Shown: positions 28,352 to 38,223, numbered from the stretch's first letter. The stretch is DNA of 64,000 bases from an uncultured candidate division WWE3 bacterium (GCA_903879985.1 CAIRNR010000007.1:280079-344078), one strand, 5' to 3'. Numbers and translations are program-made. The notes: generated by a model from the sequence alone, not told the origin.

Positions 28352-29015
28352 CTTTGTCTGAAACTAATTTTCCCTCTTCAATACGAATAACTCTCTTTTT
28401 TAGTTTGTTAACAATCGCCTGATCATGTGTTGCCATTACAATAGTTGTGCCGAGTGAGTTTATTTTTTCAAGTATAGCCACCACATCGTCGGCCGAATCT
28501 GGATCTATCATTCCGGTAGGTTCGTCTGCAATTAAAACATCGGGTTCATGTGCCAAGGCTCGGGCTATAGAAACGCGCTGTTTTTCTCCACCTGAAAGCT
28601 GTTTTGGATACTTAAACATTTTGTCTGTTAAATTAACCATGCTTAAAACATTTGGAACAATGCTCTTTATTTCTTCTTCGGAGGCTTCTGCAACTTCCAA
28701 AGCTATAGCAACGTTTTCAAAAACATTTTTGGAATCTAAAAGCTTAAAGTCTTGAAAGACAACGCCAATTTTGCGACGAAGCTCCGGAACCGTTGTGTTG
28801 TCAACATTTAAGATGCTTTCACCGTTAAATAAAATATCACCACTATTTGGCTGTTCCTCTTTGGTTAAGAGTCTAACAATAGTGGATTTTCCGGCACCCG
28901 AAGGACCTACAATAAACACAAATTCTCCTTGATCAATGTCAAAAGAAACATCGTCCAAAACTTTAAAACCTGCTTCATATTCTTTTATCACGTTTATAAA
29001 ACTAATTTGAGCCAT
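28329..29015 (-). CDS. ftsE: Cell division ATP-binding protein FtsE
   Basis: GPSGAGKST, LRRKIGVVFQDFKLL, LSGGEKQR, ADEPTG, MATH. Confidence 0.95.
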   Translation of the reverse strand: MAQISFINVIKEYEAGFKVLDDVSFDIDQGEFVFIVGPSGAGKSTIVRLLTKEEQPNSGDILFNGESILNVDNTTVPELRRKIGVVFQDFKLLDSKNVFENVAIALEVAEASEEEIKSIVPNVLSMVNLTDKMFKYPKQLSGGEKQRVSIARALAHEPDVLIADEPTGMIDPDSADDVVAILEKINSLGTTIVMATHDQAIVNKLKKRVIRIEEGKLVSDKVGGKYRG

Positions 29016-29424
29016 TTAAGATTTCCACCTTATCAACCTGAAGTACTGCATGTTTGCCGTCAGAAGTCTTAACGACAATACCTGTTAATTTTACAGTTAA
29101 ACCCTCTGCAATTGATAGTCTTTGATCTGTCGCGCGCAACAAAATGATATCTTTTCCATCGGCTCCGGTTAAAACATATGATATTTTCTCGTTTGGATAG
29201 AATGCTGGGTTTACATAAGTAACTCGACCTTGGTAGGGTCCAGAAGGCACAGTAGCGCCCTGGGTTGGTGTGGGATTACCAGAATTTAATTCATTATTAT
29301 TTAATGAAGCAATTTTAAAATAGGCAATAGCAAGCACAACACACAGAACAATTACGGAGATTGATATGAGCCACGCGTAAAACTTTGAACTTTTAGTAGT
29401 ACTTAAATCATTGGGCAAGGACAT
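29002..29424 (-). CDS. Membrane-anchored hypothetical protein (OB-like)
   Basis: N-terminal TM; overlaps ftsE start; start after TATAAT. Confidence 0.65.
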   Translation of the reverse strand: MSLPNDLSTTKSSKFYAWLISISVIVLCVVLAIAYFKIASLNNNELNSGNPTPTQGATVPSGPYQGRVTYVNPAFYPNEKISYVLTGADGKDIILLRATDQRLSIAEGLTVKLTGIVVKTSDGKHAVLQVDKVEILNGSN

Positions 29425-29470
29425 TGTAACTGTATTATATCGCATTCGCGATACAACAAAAAGCTTACAG

Positions 29471-29872
29471 ATGTTACAAAAAATAAAATATCTTACAACT
29501 ATAAATAACGATAAATTTTTAACTAGCTACTTCTTCCATAAACCTTCCAGTACCGTGTTACCTGTAGAAATTAAAAATAATAATTACTCTGCTGGGGTTA
29601 CACCAAATATTTACAACACAATTCAACGCATTTTTTCTCTTTTAAACATAAATGTTGCTGGAATAAAACTTTATTTATATCGAGACGGGCTATATTACAC
29701 ATACATAACTTTGCATGTTAACGAAAATGAGTACGATATTAATTCTAATTTTAGTGACGCCTTAAAAATCGGAAAATTATTTGATGCACCAATTTACGCA
29801 AGCGATCAAATATTAAACTATTGTGGAATCAAAATAACAAAAGAAATGATAGAGAAAAATTTAGTTAGTTAA
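29471..29872 (+). CDS. Bifunctional nuclease (DUF151)-like protein
   Basis: LPVEI, DGLYY..I.L, INSNFSDAL.IG...DAPIY. Confidence 0.65.
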   Translation: MLQKIKYLTTINNDKFLTSYFFHKPSSTVLPVEIKNNNYSAGVTPNIYNTIQRIFSLLNINVAGIKLYLYRDGLYYTYITLHVNENEYDINSNFSDALKIGKLFDAPIYASDQILNYCGIKITKEMIEKNLVS

Positions 29873-30955
29873 GTATGTGGCAACATTTTGATTATGCTCT
29901 TCTAAAGTTTTGGCAAAATGAGTCTTACCTTCCGAATCAGTTAAGTAGTAAAAGTAAGGAGTTTGTACATAGTTAATAACAGCCCCAATAGAACTTAAAC
30001 CCGGATTTGAAATTGGAGTTGGAGGTAATCCAACGTTTTTTCTGGTGTTATAAGGACTGTCGATATTTAGATCTGCGGCACTTAAATCTGTAGACCACCA
30101 AACGGTGTTACTAATTTCCTGTGTAGTCGGAATACACACATTTGAATTGGCATATGAAGCATCTAAAATATTACAAATAGTTCTAGAAGCGGCAGCGTAC
30201 TGGGTAGTAGCATCAACATCAAGTTTCATACCCTCTCGCCAGCGCTTTATTAATATACCAGCAACTATAGCTTTATCTTCATTAGTACGAACTTCACGCT
30301 CAACTATAGACGCAAGTATCACAGCTTCACTTTTGGTTAATCCCGCACGTTTCAAATTAGCTTCAGTTAAAATATCTGCCGTTTTGGTATCAAATGTGGT
30401 TTTAAGTGCAGTTACAACATCTTCTTCTTGGGCGTCCTTACTAAAAAAATAAGTGTCGGGAAATAAATAACCTTCTTCTGGTTTAGCCAAAGCAAAGAAT
30501 TTTTCAGGATCAATATTACTAAAACCAGGTGTTAAAGCCTTTATATACTCCTCCGTACGCCAACCTTCTAAAAAAGTTACAGTTTGATCATTTTTACCGT
30601 GTTGGAATAACTTAATTAAGTTAACAAGATTTGTACCTGCTGATATTTTATATGTTCCCGCCTGAATAATACTTTCTGATCTATGCATATAAACATATAA
30701 ATCAAAAAGAAATTCCGAGTTAATTGCACCAATTGCATACAAATTTCTGGAAACTTCTATAGTGCCTTGTCCTTTTTTCACTTCAAAAGTTAATTCTTTA
30801 TCTGTTTGGTTAGGTCTGTTAATAGCAAATTGATAATATTTATACGAAAAAATTGGAATAATAACCAACAATAAGAGTCCAATTATAATTGATAGCTTCT
30901 TTTTACTTTCGGGTGACAAAACATGGTACTTATTTGGATCAAGCTGATCAGACAT
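29861..30955 (-). CDS. mltG: Endolytic transglycosylase MltG
   Basis: TFLEGW, EGYLFPDTY, LASIVERE, SPYNTRK..GLPPTPISNPG. Confidence 0.95.
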   Translation of the reverse strand: MSDQLDPNKYHVLSPESKKKLSIIIGLLLLVIIPIFSYKYYQFAINRPNQTDKELTFEVKKGQGTIEVSRNLYAIGAINSEFLFDLYVYMHRSESIIQAGTYKISAGTNLVNLIKLFQHGKNDQTVTFLEGWRTEEYIKALTPGFSNIDPEKFFALAKPEEGYLFPDTYFFSKDAQEEDVVTALKTTFDTKTADILTEANLKRAGLTKSEAVILASIVEREVRTNEDKAIVAGILIKRWREGMKLDVDATTQYAAASRTICNILDASYANSNVCIPTTQEISNTVWWSTDLSAADLNIDSPYNTRKNVGLPPTPISNPGLSSIGAVINYVQTPYFYYLTDSEGKTHFAKTLEEHNQNVATYLTN

Positions 30956-31013
30956 AATGACAGTATGATAACACATTTAGGACGGTGTTAGCGACATGGA
31001 CGTATGCAGACAA

Positions 31014-31026
31014 AGCTGATAGAATA
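31014..31026 (+). promoter_or_regulatory. Extended -10 promoter (AGCTGATAGAATA) for rnpB
   Basis: TGnTAGAAT 9 nt upstream of the P1 helix; identical 13-mer at 38224-38236. Confidence 0.55.
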
Positions 31027-31034
31027 GCGGCATT

Positions 31035-31376
31035 ACAGGAAGAAGGCTAATCGCCCACTAATAATGGGAGGAAAGTCCAGACTGCATCAGGTAGGGGGAC
31101 GGAGGGTAATCTCCGAAGCGAAATCTCTGGTGTCCCGTCATTGAAAAGTGGCGTGAACGGAGGGTGAATTAACATCTTCCGAGAGCAACAGAAACGGCCC
31201 TAGATCTAAAGCGCAAGCTACGATTTAGGCTGAAACGGGCAATCCCACCCCGCAGAAACCCACGACCGTACCGTTATCAGTTACCTGGCGAGGTACAAAG
31301 ATGGGGAAAAGATAGATGATTGGCAACCTTTGGAGTAATCCGAGGGCGAACAGAATCTGGCTTATTCTCTTCCTGT
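31035..31376 (+). ncRNA. rnpB: RNase P RNA
   Basis: GAGGAAAGTCCAG (CR-I), ACAGAAA and TGAAAC (CR-II/III), AGATGAT, ACAGAATCTGGCTTA (CR-V); P1 ACAGGAAGA/TCTTCCTGT. Confidence 0.92.
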
Positions 31377-31386
31377 GAGTAAGTAA

Positions 31387-32391
31387 TTAACCAATGGTAG
31401 TAATAGACTCTTTTGTTGCTTTTTCCATTTCAGAAAATGCTTCCTCGTAAGTAGCGTTATCGTGCATTTTAAAATATGTGGCTAACCAATCCGCACGCAC
31501 CACCGATTGTTCTGCAGCATTTTTGGCAACTGGAAAGTCATCATAAATACCCGCGTCTATAGCGGCAATACTCGAAGTTTTTATACGTAATATTTTTTCT
31601 GAGGTACTTCCGGTTTTCTCAAGCTTTAACAGTTTTATAAAGCCACTATATTTAGCTAAAGTTGGATCTTCACCTTTTTTTACTTCAACCTGCAGCTCAG
31701 GAATTAATCCGTAATTCGAAAGAGTATCAGCTGCCCTTAATAACTTTCCATAGTCTTCAGTTGGCTCTGGCAATCCCCAATATCTTTCACCGGTAGGCGT
31801 TGTTCGTTCCACTAAATAAGGTAAAACATAGTCACCCCCTTTTTCGCGCGCATCTGCGAGACTTTCATATCTAAAAGCATTATCTATATAAGGAATTGCT
31901 GAATGAGTTTCTACAACTTTTGATATAAAAAGTGCTAAGTTGGGAGCGTTTGCAAGTTTTTGTTGCAAATCGGCGGGCACAAGTTCTCGTAAAGGTTTGT
32001 GACCACTTCCATAAATATCAAGGTTTTTTAAATATATTGGAATATTACCCGCCGCCTGAGCTGCATGCGTAAAAAGATTTTCAAAACTAGCTGGAGTTTT
32101 TTCAGGATCGTGAAGCATAATGCATAAATCAACTAACTCCTGTTCCTTTGCTGAATCAAATTTACCTGAACCATTTGCCAAAACATGGCCAATAGCTAAA
32201 ACCTGCCTGATGTGTCCTTCCTGAGCGCCGGCGGAAATACCATCAACCTCCATATCTTCAAACAAAGCGTTCTTAATTTTTAAGATATCTTCAGAAGTAA
32301 AATTATCTAAGTCCTGTAATGCTTTTTCGGAAGTAACTTCATCCTTTTGCCATTCAGCCGAGCCATAACCTTGAGTTGTTTCAATCGACAT
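31387..32391 (-). CDS. HD-domain-like hypothetical protein
   Basis: GHIRQV, MLHDPEK, THA, ETHS, LRAADTL. Confidence 0.6.
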   Translation of the reverse strand: MSIETTQGYGSAEWQKDEVTSEKALQDLDNFTSEDILKIKNALFEDMEVDGISAGAQEGHIRQVLAIGHVLANGSGKFDSAKEQELVDLCIMLHDPEKTPASFENLFTHAAQAAGNIPIYLKNLDIYGSGHKPLRELVPADLQQKLANAPNLALFISKVVETHSAIPYIDNAFRYESLADAREKGGDYVLPYLVERTTPTGERYWGLPEPTEDYGKLLRAADTLSNYGLIPELQVEVKKGEDPTLAKYSGFIKLLKLEKTGSTSEKILRIKTSSIAAIDAGIYDDFPVAKNAAEQSVVRADWLATYFKMHDNATYEEAFSEMEKATKESITTIG

Positions 32392-32425
32392 ATAATCAGT
32401 CTACAAACTACGATATAATTTATCA

Positions 32426-33169
32426 ATGAAACTAACCAAACCTGCAATAATATTACTTATAATTTTGGGCATACTTGTGTATCTTGCGTTGTCATATCGA
32501 CACATTTACGATTTTATGGGATCTGCCGGTTTGAAAAGTCCCTATGCCGTTAATAATATATTTACAGTAGGAAATCCATCTTCGTTCGTACACAAAAAAT
32601 ATGTTGCTTTGGGAGACAGTTTAAGTGCAGGCGTGGGGAGTGATAGTGCTAAAACCACACTTGTTTATTTGTACGCTGTAAATCTTGGAGATAAAAATAC
32701 GGCTATAGATGTTGTTAATATTGCTTGGCCCGGAGATGAAACTATAGATGTACTAAACAACCAAGTACCTGAAACAATAAAAATGAAACCTGATTATGTG
32801 ACATTATTTATCGGTATAAACGATATTCACGAAAAACGTTCGACAGCAGAATTTAAGCAGAATTATCAAACTATTTTAAATGAGTTAATGTCAAAAACAG
32901 ACGCGCAAATCACCGTTATAAATTTACCCTACCTAGGTGCTAACAACTTAATTACATTCCCATTTAGCACAATTTTGGACTTTAGAACCAAACAATTTAA
33001 TGCTATTATTGCGTCCTTAGTGCAGAACAACAGTAGAATAAGGCTAATAGATTTGTATTCCAGTAGTAAAAAAAGTTTGAACACAGATAATGCAAATTAC
33101 GCAAAAGACTTATTTCATCCGTCTGCACAAGGTTATTTACTTTGGGCAAAGACGATAAATGAATATTAA
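32426..33169 (+). CDS. Membrane-anchored SGNH/GDSL hydrolase
   Basis: ALGDSL, IGIND, DLFHP; N-terminal TM. Confidence 0.92.
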   Translation: MKLTKPAIILLIILGILVYLALSYRHIYDFMGSAGLKSPYAVNNIFTVGNPSSFVHKKYVALGDSLSAGVGSDSAKTTLVYLYAVNLGDKNTAIDVVNIAWPGDETIDVLNNQVPETIKMKPDYVTLFIGINDIHEKRSTAEFKQNYQTILNELMSKTDAQITVINLPYLGANNLITFPFSTILDFRTKQFNAIIASLVQNNSRIRLIDLYSSSKKSLNTDNANYAKDLFHPSAQGYLLWAKTINEY

Positions 33170-34277
33170 TATTGCAAATCCAATAGATCAAACAACTATC
33201 TTTTCACTGATTCTTTTATCTTTAGTTATTGTTTCTGTTAAGGAAGATAAAAGTGGTCACGAAATGTTGCCAAGTCACGCAAATGAACTTAAGGGAATCG
33301 CCATACTTATGGTGTTGTTCTGCCATATCGGTTATTTTCTATTTAACGACCATAATTTTTTATTTCCACTTTCTATTGCGGGCGGTGTTGGCGTAGATGT
33401 CTTTTTAGTTCTTTCGGGATTTGGGCTTACAACATCAGCTTTAAAGAAAAAATTGGGTATTATTGATTTCTATAAAAAAAGACTTAGTACCTTATATATT
33501 CCCATGTGGCTGGTTATATCAGTATTTTTGCTTTTAGATTACGTGGTACTTCACATAAATTACCCACTAGCAACGGTTATCAAAGATTATTTTGGATTCT
33601 TTCCACACGCAGACCTTTATAGTGATCTAAATTCCCCACTCTGGTATTTTTCATTCATTATCTTTTATTACATGGTTTTCCCTTTGTTTTTTTATACAAA
33701 AAGACCATACCTCTCGGCCATAGCCATTTATGTAATAAGCATGCTAATACTGAATTTCAAACTACCTGTAAACCCCGACGTTCAGAAACTTTACGAACTT
33801 CACGCTATTGGATTTCCTTTAGGAATGTTATTTGCATACATATTAAAATCTAAGCTTTATGTAGCGTTAAAGATTAAACTTCAAAACATAAATATTAACC
33901 ACGGGAAATTAATGCGTTTTGCTAAATACGGAGCAATTGGTATGGCCTTTTATTTGTTCTGCCATGTAACACTTCATTCAGGAGTCGGAGATGGAATACA
34001 GCAGGAACGATTAACCAGCATAATTGCCGTGTTTTCACTAATAGTAATTTTCCTGTTAAAAAATATAAAATCAGATTTTCTTGTCCTAGTAGGAATTTAT
34101 TCATACGAAATATATTTACTTCAGTGGCCATTAATGTACAGATACGATTTTATTTATAAGTACCTACCTGCAGGAATTGGAACAGCTTTATATATACTGG
34201 CATTAATTATTCTAAGTGTGATATTACAAAAAGGAAGTAAAGCAATAATGTATAAGTTAAAGATTTTGTCCGCGTAA
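33159..34277 (+). CDS. Acyltransferase-3 (OafA/YrhL-like) membrane O-acyltransferase
   Basis: LKGIAILMVLFCH, GVDVFLVLSGFGL, FYKKR, PLWYF, YSYEIYL. Confidence 0.9.
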   Translation: MNINIANPIDQTTIFSLILLSLVIVSVKEDKSGHEMLPSHANELKGIAILMVLFCHIGYFLFNDHNFLFPLSIAGGVGVDVFLVLSGFGLTTSALKKKLGIIDFYKKRLSTLYIPMWLVISVFLLLDYVVLHINYPLATVIKDYFGFFPHADLYSDLNSPLWYFSFIIFYYMVFPLFFYTKRPYLSAIAIYVISMLILNFKLPVNPDVQKLYELHAIGFPLGMLFAYILKSKLYVALKIKLQNININHGKLMRFAKYGAIGMAFYLFCHVTLHSGVGDGIQQERLTSIIAVFSLIVIFLLKNIKSDFLVLVGIYSYEIYLLQWPLMYRYDFIYKYLPAGIGTALYILALIILSVILQKGSKAIMYKLKILSA

Positions 34278-35255
34278 AACTTTTTGCAAAATAATAGCCA
34301 AAACCATAGTCATTGGAACAGAAACGATAGCCCCAAAGACACCAAAGAACTCACCACCAATTAACATCGCCAGCAAAATAATAACAGGACTAAAACCAGA
34401 AACCTTTTCCATAACCTTTGGAACCACTAAATTATTTTCTAATGTATGCACAATTACATACAAAGCTATTACACCAACAACTTTAATTGGTGCATCGGCA
34501 AAAGCGATTATACATGCAAGTGAACCCGAGATTACCGGACCAATAAACGGAACTATTTCTAAAATTCCAGCTATTAACGCCAAAGCCAGCGCATATTTAA
34601 CGTCTAGCAACAAAAGTCCGATAAAAATAAACATCGCGATTGTAATTACCAAAATCAGTTCACCCTTAACCCAGCTTCCAACTGTGGCTTCAACTTCGTT
34701 AATTGTTTCTTCTAAGTCATCAGCAGTTTTTTTGTGAAAAAGACCAATAAACTTTTCTTTTATGTTCAGCCAATCAAGAGATAAATAAATTGCAAATATA
34801 AATAAACTTAGTATCGAAGTGATGTTAGAAAAAAGCGAAACAGTAATTGTTAAAAACTTACTTGGTAACGCTGTGGCCTGGGGTATGAAGTCGGCTAAGG
34901 AAATGTTGGCGTTATAGTACAAGCTAAAATCATGTGCCATGACAGTTAAACTGGCAACCATAGTTTGAACTTCACTTACAACAGGAGGTATACCAACGAC
35001 AAAAACCAAGACTAAAACAAGAGTTAGCAATAAATACGCCAACAAAACTGCAAGACTTCTCGGCATAGCTAATGTCTTATTGAACACTGTTATACTGGAA
35101 AAAGATCTTACTAAAGGCTCAATAGATAAAACAATCAAAAAAGCTAAGGCCAAGATTCCAAAAATTGTACCCAAGCGATAAACCACATAAAAACCAACCA
35201 AAAGCAACAATGTCAAAAATATTGTCTTTAAACTAATAATAATGTGTCTATCCAT
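34257..35255 (-). CDS. AI-2E (PerM) family transporter
   Basis: LEIVPFIGP, LENNLVVPKVM, GAIVSVP. Confidence 0.9.
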   Translation of the reverse strand: MDRHIIISLKTIFLTLLLLVGFYVVYRLGTIFGILALAFLIVLSIEPLVRSFSSITVFNKTLAMPRSLAVLLAYLLLTLVLVLVFVVGIPPVVSEVQTMVASLTVMAHDFSLYYNANISLADFIPQATALPSKFLTITVSLFSNITSILSLFIFAIYLSLDWLNIKEKFIGLFHKKTADDLEETINEVEATVGSWVKGELILVITIAMFIFIGLLLLDVKYALALALIAGILEIVPFIGPVISGSLACIIAFADAPIKVVGVIALYVIVHTLENNLVVPKVMEKVSGFSPVIILLAMLIGGEFFGVFGAIVSVPMTMVLAIILQKVLRGQNL

Positions 35256-36168
35256 TGATGAAATTATATATTAAATCAGAGAAATCGTCTGTAGAAATAT
35301 CAAACCAGTTTACATTTGGCATCTTTTTAAAATAAGTTTGTTGACGACGAATATACGCATGAATATCAAATTTAATGCGTTCTTTAGCCTGTTGTTCTGA
35401 AAGTTCTTTGTTTATAAAGGCAACGGCACTTTTATAAACTAATCCTGACATTTTTGGGGAATCCTTATAGCCCAGTTGTAGAAGGCTTTCGGTTTCTGAA
35501 ATTAAGCCAGTTTGCCAAATATTTTCCACCCAAAGATCGGCGCGAGCATAAAGTATTTCGCGGGATGCTGTTAAGCCAATAAATACAAATTCAACGTCAT
35601 TTAAATAAGGCAATTCGACTGTGTTTACTGATTTGTTAAGATTTTTTTCGAGCGCACGTAGTAATCGAACAGGGTTTTTCTGATCAATCTTGGTGTATTC
35701 CTGTGGATTAAGAGATTCAAGCTTTTTTTGTAATTCCTCAGTAGAAAGTGTTTCTAGAGTTGCTCTAAGTTCAAGATCAGGCATTACATTAGAAGGTTTT
35801 ACTCGACCAGTTAAGATGTCTATGTAAAACCCCGTTCCCCCAACAACAAACATAGTCTTGTTTTCAGGATTCCCGCGGGAAATCTTGGGTAACGCAAATT
35901 TTGCAAAATCGTAAGCCGAGAAAAAGGCGTCGGGCGTAACTAAGTCGTAACCCCACACGTTGATGCCATCTATGATCCATTTATCAACGTCACGCACAAT
36001 CTTTACGTTAGCATTTATAGGTAACTTGCCTGTACCTATGTCCATGGTTTTATATATTTGGCGTGAATCCGCGGATATTATTTCCCCATTCATTTTTTTA
36101 GCCAGCTTTAAAGCCAATGAAGTTTTTCCGGAGGATGTTGGACCTAAGATTACAAAAACTTTTTTCAT
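35248..36168 (-). CDS. miaA: tRNA dimethylallyltransferase MiaA
   Basis: GPTSSGKT, SADSRQIY..MDIGTGK, VGGTGFY, YIRRQ.TYF; ATGA overlap with miaB. Confidence 0.95.
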   Translation of the reverse strand: MKKVFVILGPTSSGKTSLALKLAKKMNGEIISADSRQIYKTMDIGTGKLPINANVKIVRDVDKWIIDGINVWGYDLVTPDAFFSAYDFAKFALPKISRGNPENKTMFVVGGTGFYIDILTGRVKPSNVMPDLELRATLETLSTEELQKKLESLNPQEYTKIDQKNPVRLLRALEKNLNKSVNTVELPYLNDVEFVFIGLTASREILYARADLWVENIWQTGLISETESLLQLGYKDSPKMSGLVYKSAVAFINKELSEQQAKERIKFDIHAYIRRQQTYFKKMPNVNWFDISTDDFSDLIYNFING

Positions 36169-37361
36169 TTTTTCTTTAAACCTTTCCAAAACTTGGTGAG
36201 ATAAGCATGACGATACTTTTTCTCGTCACGGGAAACATCATCTGTAAAGAATTTCTCCGCGGGAGTTCCTTTTCTCGGAGAGTACATAGCAATGTACGCT
36301 ACTGCAAAATATACTTTTTTAAACAACTCAACTGTATCCATAAACTGCTCCCGAGTTTCTCCCGGGAAACCCACGATAATATCTGTACCTATTTCTAAAT
36401 CAGGTTTTACTTTCTTCAACTTTTCTACAATGGCAACAAAATCTTCAACCGTATGCCGACGATTCATCCTTTTAAGTACTTCGTTGTTGCCACTTTGAAT
36501 AGCAATATGAATATAGTTAGAAATTTTTGGCAAACTCACTGCATCTACTAAGTCTTGGGTAAAATCAAATGGATTTGAAGACAAAAAACTTATTTTTTCC
36601 AACTCTGGAATATCATGAATTTTACGAAGCAAATCTGCAAAAGGTAACTTTTGATCACTTCCCGATCGAATTTCAAATTTTTCGGTAGTACCAAGTCCCC
36701 ACGAATTTACGTTTTGACCACACAAAGTAATTTGTTTAACTCCTTGACCAATACGATGCTTAATTTCTTTTAGAATTTCTTCTTCACCGCGAGAAATCTC
36801 CTTACCTCGAGCGTAAGGAACAACGCAATATGTACAAAAGTTATCACAGCCATAAGAAATATTTACAAACGCGTGTAGCGGACTATCCAACTTTGCGTTT
36901 ACATTTTTAGGATCGAATTTAGCCAAGGCTGCTTCATTTAAAACGCCCTGCTTTTGTAAAATCACAGGAAGTTCAAATATTTGGTGAGGATTTATAAACA
37001 AATCTACCCATGGAGTTTTTTTGTGAAGTTTCTCAAATTCCCAACGCTGCCTTTCTCCTGTGACACTTCCAACCATACAACCGGCTAAAACCATAAAGGG
37101 CTTCTTTCCGGTTTCGTCCTTTACCATTTTTATAACTTTTCCCATGCCATAAACCTTATCCTCACTTTTTTGACGTACGGAACAAGTGTTAACAATAAAC
37201 AAATCGGCGTTATTTAAGATAAAAGAAAATTCTTCGGTTTCAGTGTCAAATTTTGGTAAAATAAGCTCTTCGTAACCAAGTGCTTCTAGAACACCGGAAA
37301 TAGAATTAGAGTCAGCAATGTTTGCCTGACATCCAAATGTTTTTATAGAATATTTCGCCAT
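36165..37361 (-). CDS. miaB: tRNA methylthiotransferase MiaB (no TRAM domain)
   Basis: TFGCQAN, NTCSVR, GC, radical SAM CDNFCTYC, DIIVGFPGET, YSPRKGT. Confidence 0.9.
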   Translation of the reverse strand: MAKYSIKTFGCQANIADSNSISGVLEALGYEELILPKFDTETEEFSFILNNADLFIVNTCSVRQKSEDKVYGMGKVIKMVKDETGKKPFMVLAGCMVGSVTGERQRWEFEKLHKKTPWVDLFINPHQIFELPVILQKQGVLNEAALAKFDPKNVNAKLDSPLHAFVNISYGCDNFCTYCVVPYARGKEISRGEEEILKEIKHRIGQGVKQITLCGQNVNSWGLGTTEKFEIRSGSDQKLPFADLLRKIHDIPELEKISFLSSNPFDFTQDLVDAVSLPKISNYIHIAIQSGNNEVLKRMNRRHTVEDFVAIVEKLKKVKPDLEIGTDIIVGFPGETREQFMDTVELFKKVYFAVAYIAMYSPRKGTPAEKFFTDDVSRDEKKYRHAYLTKFWKGLKKK

Positions 37362-37385
37362 GGAGGGATTATATCAAGTGAATAG

Positions 37386-37415
37386 CCTCCGTCCCTAAAT
37401 ATTTAGACACGGAGG
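37386..37415. repeat. Palindromic hairpin CCTCCGT..CTAAATATTTAG..ACGGAGG
   Basis: 7-bp outer and 6-bp inner inverted repeats; resembles the hairpin at 47-74. Confidence 0.55.
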
Positions 37416-37422
37416 TGTGAGG

Positions 37423-37746
37423 TTAACCTTGCAGTTCTGAATCCGGAATACACTTTGGACACCACCCCCACGACACATCAAAAATTTGCGGATTCTTGCC
37501 AATTTGCACCTTTCCGCCGGGTGAGAACCAACCTTGTTCAGAAGAACACAGCCTGGGGCTTGGGATACTTACCTCGTCGCATTTAAGATTGTAACAGAGG
37601 CAAACTTGCATCTTTATCGGACGAACTCGCGTCATACCCAATCGTTTGGTGTACGCGACCTGCAGGTATAGCGGCCAGTCAGCAAAATCTGCAGGCATAG
37701 GTACAGCTGTTACCCTACGTTTAAGACTAACAGTCTTATCTGTCAT
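37423..37746 (-). CDS. Cys-rich hypothetical protein (107 aa)
   Basis: SD GAAAGGGAG; CLC...C...C...CPKC. Confidence 0.55.
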   Translation of the reverse strand: MTDKTVSLKRRVTAVPMPADFADWPLYLQVAYTKRLGMTRVRPIKMQVCLCYNLKCDEVSIPSPRLCSSEQGWFSPGGKVQIGKNPQIFDVSWGWCPKCIPDSELQG

Positions 37747-37788
37747 TTTTTTCTCCCTTTCTGTTTTATTTGGATATATTTATCGAAT

Positions 37789-38136
37789 TTATCTAGCGCC
37801 TTCTCCGTTTTCAAGTGTTTCTGAAGGCTTTAAAAACACCGGTTTTGTACCGTCCTCTATACCTAGAGCAAATAACATACCTTGAGATTCCATTCCCATC
37901 ATTTTGCGTGGTTCGAGATTTACAACAAATGTCGTCTGTAAACCAACTAATTCCTCTGGTGTATACCATTTGGCGATACCTGATAAAATCTGTCTTTTAC
38001 CCATTTCTCCAAAGTCTACGTCGAGTTTTAACAGCTTTTCAGAGCCTTCAATTCGCTCTGCTACAATAATAGTGCCAACTCGGACATCAATTTTTGAAAA
38101 ATCATCATAATTAATGGTAGGTCTGGTTTCCCGCAT
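37789..38136 (-). CDS. Stand-alone tRNA-binding OB-fold protein (MetG C-terminal/Trbp111/CsaA-like)
   Basis: DFSKIDVRVG, KLLKL.VDFG, RQILSGI, NLEPRKMMG.ESQGM. Confidence 0.9.
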   Translation of the reverse strand: MRETRPTINYDDFSKIDVRVGTIIVAERIEGSEKLLKLDVDFGEMGKRQILSGIAKWYTPEELVGLQTTFVVNLEPRKMMGMESQGMLFALGIEDGTKPVFLKPSETLENGEGAR

Positions 38137-38223
38137 AATGTTGACTATATAACAAATTTCCTATAATATCCACATGTTCACAGCTTTGTTTTAAGCTGTT
38201 TTATCGTAGCAAAGTATCAGCAG

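Noticed and set aside
38160-38200. Replication origin upstream of rpmH
   Set aside because: Only one 8/9 DnaA box and one weaker match, a short gap and no dnaA
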